A DNA stretch of 64,000 bases from Bigelowiella natans CCMP2755 (taxonomy: Eukaryota; Protista; Cercozoa). The translations under genes and the position numbers were made by a program. Below the pieces are notes generated by a model. The model was not told the DNA's origin and ran no database searches. It saw nothing but the letters and a program-made list of their open reading frames with translations. Each line of letters starts with the position of its first letter. Positions within the stretch are counted from its first letter, which is position 1. Positions 1-11,593 of this stretch are shown piece after piece. The DNA lies in contig ADNK01001927.1 in assembly GCA_000320545.1 (NCBI GenBank), positions 124,001 through 188,000 of the forward strand. Direction: 5' to 3'.

Positions 1-35
1 TGCCTGGAGGGCATGAAGTTTGAGGAGGACACCTT

Positions 36-547
36 CATCCTGACGGGATTCATCCGGGGTGAACATTGGATGCAGATCCGAAAATCCTTCACTTGGCACC
101 CAATTCTCCGGTGGCCTGCCCCACCGGTGAACAGGAATGTGGCACAGGGATGAGGGGAAAAGCCACCCTCGCAACCGAAAAACCCACCACCCAGTGCCAT
201 TTCGGCGAATGCAACTTTGAATCTTGAACACAGATCCATGCATCCTTCGTTTGGCCACCGAGTCACCGGTGGCTGGGGCGACAAGTCTGTCCACCCCACC
301 AGTGACCAGGAATGTGGTTCAGGGGTAGGAGGTGACCAACCCCCCCGCCCATCACCGCATCACACCAATTTTTTTCCGAATGCAACTTTGAATCTTGAAT
401 GCAGATCCATGCGTCCTTCGTCTGGCTGCCTGGTCACCGGTGGCTGGGGCGACACGTCTGTCCATCCCACCGGTGTCCAGGAATGTGGTTCAGGGGCAGG
501 ATGTGACCAAACCCCCACCCACATCACCGCATCACGCCGCATCGGCG
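36..547. repeat. 171-bp tandem repeat (two clear copies at 207-377 and 378-547, one degenerate copy upstream), TpA-depleted
   Basis: gaatgcaactttgaatcttgaa starts at both 207 and 378 and the units align throughout; a partial diverged copy is visible at about 60-160; only one TpA (326) in 1-650. Confidence 0.85.
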
Positions 548-555
548 AAATGAAA

Positions 556-627
556 AACCACATTTCCAAAGTGCACAATGAAACAATGAAACAATGATGA
601 AGAACCACATTTCCAAAGTGTTGCAAG
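556..627 (-). mobile_element. Short fragment matching the 3' tail region of the minus-strand LINE at about 25.8-26.8 kb
   Basis: aaacaatgaaacaatgatgaagaaccacatttccaaagtgttgcaag (581-627) is nearly identical to 25840-25886, which lies just 3' of the LINE ORF2 remnant. Confidence 0.55.
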
Positions 628-1172
628 AGGCACTCATGATCCCAACACGAGCTAGCGAGCCGACATTTTTTGAATGATAATGAATTATTTATTATTATCC
701 CCGAAATAATGAAATATGCGATGAATTGTGGTTACTGTAGCAGAATAATAATAATAAATAATTTGTTATTATTCTAAAGCGCAGGACGTTCGACGCATGA
801 TGCAGGCTCCTACGTAAGAATATCTAGAACATCTCCTTATACTGCCAAATGTCTGGCCGATTAAAAGTTAGTATTCCCGGTAGTTTATTTACCCGGAAAT
901 AATAATAGATCTACCCGTAGATAAATGGATATCTAGATAATATAAGAGCTGCCGGGCTGAAAGAAGAAAGAAGAAAAATTGCGAAAATTAGTATAAAAAT
1001 ATGTTGCGACAACCTCAATTAGATCTACGGAGTAAACTTAAACGGGATTTATAGAATTTCGGTCAATCTCTCTCGAGCGGAATCTCTACTCTGTTGACCC
1101 GCGGCAGACCTCAAAACTCAAACCGCAAGCGCACCCAGAGGGAGTAGACGGATCAGTCTACCACATAGGAAA

Positions 1173-3519
1173 ATGAGTTTCGTCTCTCTAGCTCTCGTAT
1201 CTGCCATGGCCTTCACACCTCTGGTAAGGATGTTTGATAATTTGGTACTTATTATTACTTGTTACAGTCTGTACGCTTACAGAATCATTTTTAATACTTT
1301 CATATCAGGCACTGGAGCACATAGCCCACGGTGTTGAAGACAACGTGCTCGCAGCATCCAGTACTGTAGACAACCTGGCCGATGCGCCAACTGATCTCAA
1401 CTGTAAAGAGACATCGATACTCATTCCCAACAACAGCACCCAAATCCAAATCCATGCACCGGATGAGTGCCTGGACTATGATTTATCCAAGGAAGACCCT
1501 GTTTGTAACGGGACCACGTTTCCAATGCTTTGCAAATTCAAGTTGGTCCACGTGCCTGAGACTGCTGCATTGCTCGAAAGACATCAAATGTTTGAGAAGA
1601 TGGGTCAGCATTTGGAGATGAAGGATGCAGAGCGTCAGTCAGCACTGATAGAAGCCACAAATGATAAGAATGAGACAGAGGACAAGAGCCGATATTTTAC
1701 AGACTATAACGCATTACTCGAACGTGGCATGAATCTAGATGAGATGTCACAATTTGATGTTCTAAGATTGGACGAGACAGGGAAAAAAAGAGTCAAAGGA
1801 AAGCACGAAGAGCAATACATATGGGCAGCAAGGGCAGCTGCCAAGGCATCATTGCACGGAACCTCTTGCAAGCCCGCAACAAATGGAAAGAGGGCTCCAA
1901 GGCATTTTGACTGTGACGTTTGCTGGCATTGGGGATTTATTCCACATCCTTGCAATTGCGATTGTCGAGGATGGACTCAGATTGCAAGCCTGTGCTTTCA
2001 GCCATGTAGTGACGGTCACGGCGAATACAGCCATGACACGGGTTCGTATTGCCACAAACCGTGTGACAGAGCCACCCAGTTGGCATTACCAGAGGGATGC
2101 GGTATAGGACACACAAGAGTGTGCGTGGAGCGTGGTCAATGTTTGTCCCACATTGTAAATAATTTCGTCGTTCCAGTGGCAGAAATCCTATACAGCGCTG
2201 CTACTCTCGGAAGTGGGACTGCAGCTAAAGCTGCTCTGAAAACAGCAAGACAGTCTGGCATGAAGGCAGGTATGAAAGCCTTGGGCAAAGCTTTGCAAAC
2301 CGGAGCTAGGAACTTAGCAAGAAAATTGAAGACCAAAAAGTTTATCAACGAACAGCTGAAAGCCTACCCAGCAGGTGTCAAGGATAGAATTCTTGAAGGT
2401 GGGGCCACCATGCTTCTCGCCTCTAACATTCCGTCAAGCTGGGGTTCCGCAGCCTTGGAAGTAGCTGCTGTCATTGATCCAACAGGACTTGTTGGCTTTG
2501 GAAAGAGTTTTGTGCCACCAGCTAGCTGCGATGACATGGTAAATTTTGATGAAAAGCTTCCAGGGGAAGGGAAAGGTCCTGATAAAGACGCTATGGATAG
2601 TTCAACGAGCACCTACGACCCAACTTTCGTAATATCACAGACTAGTAGATTGTTAAAATCGAATGTGGAGTGTGCGGATCAAAGGAACGAATTTAAGCTC
2701 GGCGAGTTCGCGTCTCGCCACCAGTGTGCGGAAGCCTGCGCGAAGGATCACAGATGCGCCAGCACCGGAACATTTGTTTATGGATACGGCGACAGAAGAG
2801 GACATTGCTGGTCTGAAGGGGTGCATACCTGCAAAAGATTTAAAAGACACCGGTATAATTATTACACAATTAAGCCAATATACAAGGAGAAAGAAAACGT
2901 TGAATGTGCTGAACAACATAACGAGCACGACCTGGGGTGGAAACCCTCGCTAGAGGAATGCTTTAAAGCATGCAAGAACGATGCAAAATGCAGTCAATAT
3001 GGTACATTCATCTATGGTAAAGGCCGCAAGGCTGGCAGATGCTGGTCTGAAGGTTTGGTCGAATGTGGTAGGTGGGAACGTGATCAGTATGACTTCTACA
3101 GATTTGGAGCTCCCCCACCCCGTCCAAGACCCTGCCTTCCTGCGTTTGGGGGTGGCAAAAAGTTGCAAAATGGTTGTCCTGAGGCAATACCATTTCAATA
3201 TCCTAAAAACAATCGTTGCTTCGAAAAGAAGAATTGGACTGGGAGGATGTGCAATATTGACCCTGAAAATGATCCGCTTTCCCATCAACGAAATGACCAC
3301 AAATGTTGCACTGACAACATGTGCCTTCCAGAATTCGGAGGTGGTCACAAGCTAGATAATGGTTGTCCAGCGAGGTTTCCATTCCGATATCCACATAACA
3401 ATCGGTGTTTTGGTGAGAAGTGGGGAGGGGGTATGTGCAACGTTGATCCTGCTGGTGATCCGTTGCCCGGCCAGCGATATGACAAAAAATGCTGCTTTGA
3501 CAATCGATACGGAGCGTAA
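1173..3519 (+). CDS. Secreted cysteine-rich protein with two PAN/apple-like modules and two C-terminal Cys-rich repeats (exons 1173-1223, 1309-3519)
   Basis: ATG at 1173 gives hydrophobic MSFVSLALVSAMAFTPL; GT at 1224 and AG at 1308 join it in frame to the 761-aa ORF. Duplicated EC..Q.NE..LG..S..C..AC..D..C...GTF.YG.G...G.CWSEG module and duplicated CLP.FGGG.KL.NGCP...PF.YP.NNRCF...CN.DP..DPL..QR.D.KCC module. Confidence 0.8.
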
Positions 3520-3664
3520 GTCAACAATGTTCTTTTTAGCAAATGTAAAATCTTAATGAATAAACCCCATTGATAATCCTATCCACACATGCTGATGACC
3601 ACGTGCTCCAGCGCCATCATTGACAACGAAATATAAGAATGAAATATAAATATATAATATGATA

Positions 3665-3667
<3 letters not shown>

Positions 3668-3710
<43 letters not shown>

Positions 3711-3860
3711 TATGAGACGGATGTAGTGAGGTGATCATGCTAGACACAGTAATACTACACATCATGCAAATACATGTATATACATACACACACACATATT
3801 ACATATATATGTGTATATGTATATATGTGTGTGTGTATACATGTGCACATTGTATTACAT
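3668..3860. repeat. (TA)n microsatellite followed by a partly converted TA/CA/TG tract
   Basis: Pure (TA)n at about 3668-3706; mixed tacatgtatatacatacacacac...gtgtgtgtatacatgtgcaca at 3771-3850. Confidence 0.85.
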
Positions 3861-4520
3861 GTCTGTGATAGTGATTTAAATATTTTCAATAGTCATCCTC
3901 CTAATCGTCCTAATGTAGCCATGCAAAGCAGCGGCCGCAGCGCTTACGCATTACATCCATTTGTCTCTGCTATTCTTCATGTGTTTCATGTTTCATGCAT
4001 TTAAAAGCATCTGTGTCCTCTCGTCGATGTTGTGCAGCATGCGCAGGGGTCCGTGATTTTCTTTGTTTCAGCTTCAATCAGCGTTTCTTCTGACAATTTA
4101 ACAATTCATGATGGTGTCACATGTTGGTTTTGCAATCCAGGCCAACATGGTGTTCGCATGTGCTTCGCACACACGTTGCAGTTGTGAGACAAGCGCAACT
4201 GCACATGTTCGTGCACAGCGCACGTGCGCACGCGACATGGCCTTTGAATTGAGGGCTCCACCACATCGATGTCGACGACAAGATGCTGATGCTTTCAAAT
4301 GCATCAACGGCAGCGTGTGCATGCCTGACATTGATGGCACACGTGTCAACCACATGCCTGCGCACGTTGTGCAGGGCATTGCTCAGCGCACACGTTTGGC
4401 GTGCATGCAATGCACGCGATGGGTGCCATTGGACTGAGGCATTGACATGACACCACTGTGGACACAGTGCACATGACATGCACATTGTGATTCAATGGGG
4501 ACAAAAGTGGACACCTGCTC

Positions 4521-5787
4521 ATGGACAGGAGGAAGGATGCACACAAAAAACAAGCCTTGTGGAACACAACACTCAACCTGCAAGGAAAAATGAAAACAAA
4601 AGAATGTGGTGAATGTTTGGGACTGTGGTTTGACGAAAGATCAACTTTCGAAAAACACGCCCTTGCTGCACACGTGAAGCTGCAGAAAAAGAGAAGATTT
4701 TTGCTCAGGCTGTGTTCCACACGATCTCACATGCCACTCAATGTGAGATTGAAGTTTTGCAACACGTGGTTCACAGCCACAAGCAGACGTGTCGCACCCA
4801 TGTGGAGGTCCAAGAAAAACCTCAAAGTGAAGCAGCTGGATTCCGTGGAATCACAAACACTCAAAAGAGTGCTGGGATCACCAGGATGCACATCCAACGA
4901 CACACCCCATGTGTCAGCGGCCGCAACATTGCCACCACGTTGTTGTCGCACACAAGTTCAATGCACCAAGACATGGTTGCGAACCAATGCATGGGTGGAG
5001 GATGTTGCTGGCAACGGACACGTGGTGGAGGAAGAAGTGCTCAATTGGAGCTCTTTCGGATGCCACATTGAATCCTTGCTGGATGGAACACAAATGGCAC
5101 AACACAACTGGGTCGTGGAACAGAGTGTCCTTGTGCCACCGACTCAGTTTGATCACGACCAAATTGCTTGGAGCGGAACACCCCACAACACGTGCCACCA
5201 ATGAGACACTGAAAAGGAAATCAAGTGCACAAAACAAAACGATCATGCGGAACGCCGCATCCAACTTCAAAACAAATTGGAGCACAGAGGGAACCAAGGC
5301 CATGCACTTGAAAAACCTCAACTTCATGCCTGGCTCTCGGACAACAGGAATCACATTGAAGCTGCCAAGCATTGCCACATCATGGATGCGCGCCACTTGT
5401 GGTGTTGGCAATCTTGGAACGTTTCTGCTGTCCAGAGGACAACGCTCAAAACTCGAAGCGACATGCGATGTGTGCAATGCATTGCAAGACATGGACCACG
5501 TTCTGCAATGCAGGAAACACGGACCACAGAAACTCAGATTTGACAAACAACTGACGGCGATCATGGATCGCAATGATGAGACCACGCGTCTCACAACCGC
5601 AGAGATAACAAGTCGAGAAGCTGCGCGCAAAGCGCGTCATACTGGACCAAAATGGGATGCATTTTCATGCATGCGCCATGTGACCAAGGAAACAAACAGA
5701 CACAATTTAAGCGCTGTAGCCGCTGCATTGCACAGCTACATTGGGATGACCATTGAAATAATTTAAACATTTCATCACATCCGTCTC
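4521..5787 (+). mobile_element. 5'-truncated, frameshifted non-LTR retrotransposon (LINE) remnant: end of RT/thumb region to CCHC zinc knuckle; A-to-G hypermutated
   Basis: ECLGLWFDERSTFEKH resembles LINE YLG..FD..LTF..H; LKFCNTWFTATSRRVAPMW resembles LY....I...L.Y.APVW; TLKRVLGSPGCTSNDT resembles LR.ILG.P.YTSN; CDVCNALQDMDHVLQC is a CCHC knuckle. The 3' end is shared with 42860-43040. Confidence 0.85.
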
Positions 5788-6353
5788 ACATGTATTGTCA
5801 CCATGAAGCCTTGTGCATGCAAGTGTTGCATGTGAAAATGAAAGCATTGTGCTTTACGATGAACAGTTCTGCGTGATCATATTGCATCCATGGAATGGGA
5901 GTGATGCGAAGCAAACCGTGCAGCATGGAGACATTCACTTGGATGCTGTGAATGGCTTGTGTGACAATGGACATGCGTGTGATGAGCATGACGTGCATGA
6001 TGTGTGCAATGGTCTCAGAGCATGGCCGGTTGCATTCTAGCGAGCAAGCTAGTAGCGTGACCGGTTGCTGTGTTGTGCGTTCAGTCCAGGATGCGATGAC
6101 CGGATGAATTGGAAGCTGGCTGGCAATGTGGCGTCGCAAGTGGTCTATTGGTCACACAAGGTGATGGCATTGCTAGATTGATCTTCCACACGCAGTTGCA
6201 TTGTCATGCAAACAAGATCAGCGCAAAATGGCAGACACAGCAACAAGATGTAATGTGTGTACATGTACACATGTACACACATATATGTCATATTGCATGT
6301 CTATCATCAAATAAGATAATTTCATTTAATGATTCATTGCATGTGTGAGGATA

Positions 6354-7140
6354 CTATATCCATTGATCTCCATCATCCTCGATTTCTGTGAGGTTTAAGG
6401 GGGTTTTCTTGACCAAATCAGGCCTTGCAGCATCTCGAAGATCTTCTGCAGTTGTCCTAAGATTGAGTCAATTTATCAATAAATGAAGATTAAACCGTTA
6501 TTTTGTTGCATCATAATTATGAACGATTTGGTGACTTAGAATGATGAGTAATATTATGAAACGGATCCAGGTATAATTACTAGTGATAAATAAATCAGAG
6601 GTATCATCATTTGCACGACGACTCACATATCTCTGACTGCCCATTCCAATAAAGCAGCACGTTGTGCTGAGAGGGAATCGAGTACAAAGTCCCTTCTTAA
6701 TTTTTTCTCTATCCTTTCAGTGTGTCCAGCAGCCGACGATTGGGAGGAGGGTGATGAAGCTACTTCTGTTGTTGCCGCTGCTGCCTCCTTTTTCTCTATC
6801 AAATCGTTACTGTAGCTGCTGTAATTATGTGAACTACAATTGATCCTTTTTGCAATGGGGCCAATGCCTAATGCCCACTCTGCGGAAATACCCATTCGCC
6901 GCAAATACTTGTCTCGACGAATCATCTATCAAGTCAATAAATTATTATCATCGCAGCATTTCTATCAATCATCATTGAAATAATATCTAAGAGCAAAAAC
7001 TATAGGATTCGAATAAGGAGGCACGTGGGGATAATACTCACTGCTGAATTTTCTCAGAAGGTTCATATTGGTTCGCATCTTTAAATAGTGTCAACTCGAT
7101 ATATGTATCATTTTGCCAAGGAATCATTCACACACACACA

Positions 7141-7180
<40 letters not shown>

Positions 7181-9279
7181 GGGGTGTGATAAGTACTCTC
7201 AAAGCAGTTTGATTGCCGACTTGACTCCGTAGCTCATGCCACCTGACCAGATAATGGAGAATTGATGAGGATATGTCATAAACCATGACGATAAATCATG
7301 ATGACAACAAAAAAAGGAAAAACGGAGCTCAGTCGAGAGAGATGTTTGCGTAGACTGCTTTCATATATCTGTCTCTTGATATTGTTTGTGTGTTAGTTTG
7401 TGTAGGATGATGTTTCCCTCCATATGATTCATAGATCTCTTCATGGTGTTCTTTACTACTACCCTCATTTCTCCCTTTTCTTTGTTCAGTTGTATTTATG
7501 TAGCATACATAAAGGCGCTACATGATCATATAATAAGTACGAAACAACATCACACAACTTGCAACCTCATACCATCTAAATGCCCTTTGCTGGCCTCTTC
7601 TCCTCAGCGTATAGGTAAGTGTGTTGTTAATGTGAGGATATAGCTTTTCCCACCGTTGATTAGACGGTCTAATATTCGTGGAGGATGGATGGATGGATGG
7701 TATTCATGAGAGATAAGAAGAAAGCTGATTAGATGATATTTTGATCAGATAACAGAACTATACGAGCAGGATGAGTAGGAAACAACTCCAAAAATTTACA
7801 AATAAAATCGCAAATAATAGACTTGCAGCAGCGGTACCGTCCTCATCATTATCATCATCATCATCCCCTCACTGCTGCTACTACTACAACAACTACTGCT
7901 ATTCCACTACTGTAGTAGTAGTAGTACCTATCGAATTGATCCGTGATTGACTCATAGGCATCATCACGTTCATACTTCAAGTCCTCATATGACATATCGA
8001 AGACAATGCGAGCACCAAGCATGTGTGTATCTAAATCTTCCTTGTCCCTCCTACATAGTATCGATATAATTACTAATATCTCGTAGTAATAAATGCGAGG
8101 TCTACACAGGCAGACGGGTGCTTACTGTTGCTGTTGTTGTAATTAATACTCAGTTGCGACGATGATGATATGTGATCATCATTCGTTGTATAAGTGAATC
8201 ATGACATCTACAGCTTGTGATCTTAACTGAATCAATCTATCAAATCGTCGTCATCGTTTGTCTTTCTCTACAATTGTTGGCGAAGTAGTAGTATCCATGT
8301 CATCATCCAAGATCTACACCCCCCCCCCCTCTGCTCACTCGCTCACTCACTCACTCACTCACTCACCGAGAGAGACGATTCATGATGGTAGCGTATGCAG
8401 AATAATTTCTCTCTGCTATTGTTATTGCTGCCCGAGTTTGAATGAGCATATCTCTTTCCTTTCTTAGTTCAATTGGATCTTTACGATAATCTCGCTTTTG
8501 GCCCAGTACCAACATCTCCTCATTACCTACGAAGAAGAAGAAGAAGAAGAAGAAGAGAAAGCAAAAAAGAAGAAAAAGAAAAAGCATATGTTTCTTGTTT
8601 GGTCTATCCCTTAGTCCTCCTATCTTCCTCCTCTTTCATTGTTATACTTGGTATTATAAATATTGAAATAGGAGGATAAACAGCAGCACCAGCCGACAGT
8701 GATTGAGTGAGTGACAGCTATCTAGCTACCTTTGGCAAGCGATTCGTTTTTGAGTTGCAATACAACTGGCATTCCTAGCTCAGCGACCTGCATTTAATAG
8801 TAGTAGTTGTAGTAAATGTTGTTGTTGTTGTAATAGTAGCAAAAGGAATAGAAAAGAAGAAAAAAGAAGATATCAACCCCCACCACCAATATCAGCATTA
8901 TCATCAATGGCAACACAGTGTCACACCATCACATCGTTGTCGTTTTCCCCAGTTGTTGTTGTAGTTATTATTAATGTTGTTGTTCATATTCCTATTGGTG
9001 CTTCTTCTACTGCTGCTTAATTGTTACGATTACATCTTAATATTGCTGAACATACGGTACTGCTGTGTTCGATCAACTGCTATACTGCTATACTGCTATA
9101 CTGCTAATACTACTGCATACTGCATGCATATACACGATTCCATCATAAGTATGCTACTCACCCCCGGAAGAAGCTGTGCTTTTTCCTCAGAAGGAGAGTA
9201 ATTCTTCTTCGTCGTTGTCGTGATCGCCATAGTCGTCACGTTTGTTGCTATGTCCACCACCACCACCAGCAGGATCAAT

Positions 9280-9310
<31 letters not shown>

Positions 9311-11340
9311 GGTGGTGGTGGTAGAGTTTTAATCAGGAGCACCATATATTACACATAATCCATTCTTCGATAGATTAGCATAGTAACAACATCATCACCA
9401 TCATCATTATTATCAATATTATGGTTATCATCACGACTATTTTTAGTGATGACATCATCAACGTAAAAGGAAAATTTCTCCGATTTATCATCATTATCAT
9501 CATCATCATCATCGTCATCGAAAGTTATCATAAATCTGCTGCTGCTTTCGTATTTTTACACATTATTTGACAGCGCAACATGTTGCCTCCTCCTCCTCCT
9601 CCTCCTCCTTTTACTTACAGCAGCTAATGGTACCCGGTTTAGTACCAGCTTAGCCACTAGGAATAATAATTGTGTTTGTTGTGCTACTGACCATCATTCT
9701 CTTTTTCACCGCTTGTTCTTGAAACTAGAGCTTCAGTCTCTTGGAGATGAATGTCGCCTGGTATATATGAATAGACGGCGTGGTGGTATATATATGAAGT
9801 AGTGAGTCCTTGTCACAAGGAAGAGGAAAGGAGAAGAGGAGGGAAAGGCGCTAATATTCTGTGGCAGGATGGTGGTCAGATTATGATCTACTCTTACGAT
9901 TAACACTCCTACCACTACCACTACTACCACTACCAACGGTACTAATACTACTAGTAGAGTACTAGTACAAGTACTGATCTTATCAGTGGGCAGTCAGTGC
10001 CTAGTAGTACCTACAATCCTTTTTGTTCCTTCCCCACCCATGTACCTAAGTAAAAGAGCCACTCGTAAATTTATCATGCTTAGCCCCCACACGCACATCA
10101 TCATCATACTTCTTCTCATTACATCATTTGATCGTAGTCGTTAAATACGTCAGCAAGCGAGCCGAAGTCCCACGGTTTCTTCTTCATATATTGATGCTCT
10201 GTGGATGATAATACAGAAGATGAGAATGATGGAACGAGTTTTGAAAGTCTTCGTCTTCTTCATGCTACCGTCAGGATTAATTGGAGGATGAGGAGGAGGA
10301 TGATGATGATGATGATGATGATTTGTGCCAGGTCCTCCATGCTCCTCCTCGTGCTTCCTCCTCTGAATCGTAACGCCAATATCAGCAGGAACGACGCCAT
10401 AGCGGCCAGCTAGAGGTTCATAGAGCAATGACCACCGAATGTTCTTTGTTACTTCATTCTCCCGAATATCTGAATAATCTCCATCGTCATCATCATCATC
10501 ATCATCATATTCGCTGTTATTTCCCCCGTCGCTTCTACTGGCAGCACTTGTGAGATTTACGGTTCTTCGCAACGTCCGTGCCATCCCCTTCGTGTCAGTA
10601 ACTTTGTTTTTCATCTTGTTTTTGAGGAGAAACCTATCACCCATTTTCCCAGCAGCAGCAGCAGTACGATTCGTCATATACGTATGTTCAACCACGGGAT
10701 TTAATTTAAAATAAAATAACAAGAATAAGGCATCTGGCACGCGTAGCAATGTTGCCACACCGCCTCCCCCTCCTCCTGCTGCTGTTGCTTGCATTAACCT
10801 CATTCTCCTCCTCCTCCTCCTCATCATCAACATCATTTATTCAAGTCGATTATTTAATTCACTGACCCTTTTGGAAAGACGACAGGAGGGTGTGCAGTCT
10901 TGGGAGGAATCGTTGGCGGTGATTCGTTCTGCGTTGAAGCAGGAGGAGGAGGAGGAGGAGGAGGGGGAGAAATTTCAGCATGGGGTTCCCCTTCCGTAGC
11001 CGTGGGAGGTCGTGCCAACTTCTGGTGAATCTGTGAATCTGAACGATAATACAAACATATCTCTTGAATAATACGGTGAACAATGATATTTAGTCAACAA
11101 GCGCTTCGTAAAATAATATACTGACTTGATGGTGATGATGCCGCTGATGGAAATGATGTTGGTGAAGTAGTGCATAGCATCAAACTCCAGAGCGAAATGG
11201 CACTGTAACTACATCCAATCTTAATTATTCTGTGAAGAAGCGTCGCTGTCGACGTGGGTGAACAACGACCATGTTCCTTGAAGCATTGCCCCCGCCCATT
11301 TGCTGCTGTCGTAGGAGATATTCCTTGGCTGCTGTCTTCG
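6354..11340 (-). CDS. Multi-exon hypothetical protein (5' end uncertain)
   Basis: Phase-compatible exons bounded by GT-AG: about 6354-6457 (TTAEDLRDAARPDLVKK...QWI*), 6627-6926, 7928-8050 (DKEDLDTHMLGARIVFDMSYEDLKY), 8366-8527, 10150-10800. No domain recognised. Confidence 0.55.
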
Positions 11341-11483
11341 TAACATCGTTTAATTGTTGGAATACTATGTTTTAATTTTGAGACAAACTTGCTAGCTTTC
11401 GGGTTGAGGAAGCTAGAGTGTGCAGGGCTGAGAATCGGAGCAAAATGGTGAATGGCGACCCAGCATGTGAAAGCAGCAAGTGC

Positions 11484-11593
11484 TACTACTACTGCAGTGA
11501 CTGTGTGGCTGCGGAGGCCTGAGATCGTAGGAGTAACTGCTACTACTGCAGTGACTGTGTGGCTGCGGAGGCCTGAGAGATCGTAGGAGTAGC
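11484..11593. repeat. 54-bp tandem duplication
   Basis: ctgcagtgactgtgtggctgcggaggcctgaga starts at both 11492 and 11546. Confidence 0.9.

Noticed and set aside
207-547. CRISPR-like array
   Set aside because: Whole 171-bp units are duplicated, with no unique spacers, no cas genes and a eukaryotic context.
4101-5605. CpG-methylation decay as the cause of the TG/CA excess
   Set aside because: CpG is abundant in the islands (for example gcgcacgtgcgcacgcgac at about 4218-4236), the missing dinucleotide is TpA, and damaged codons revert to Tyr or Leu via TA.
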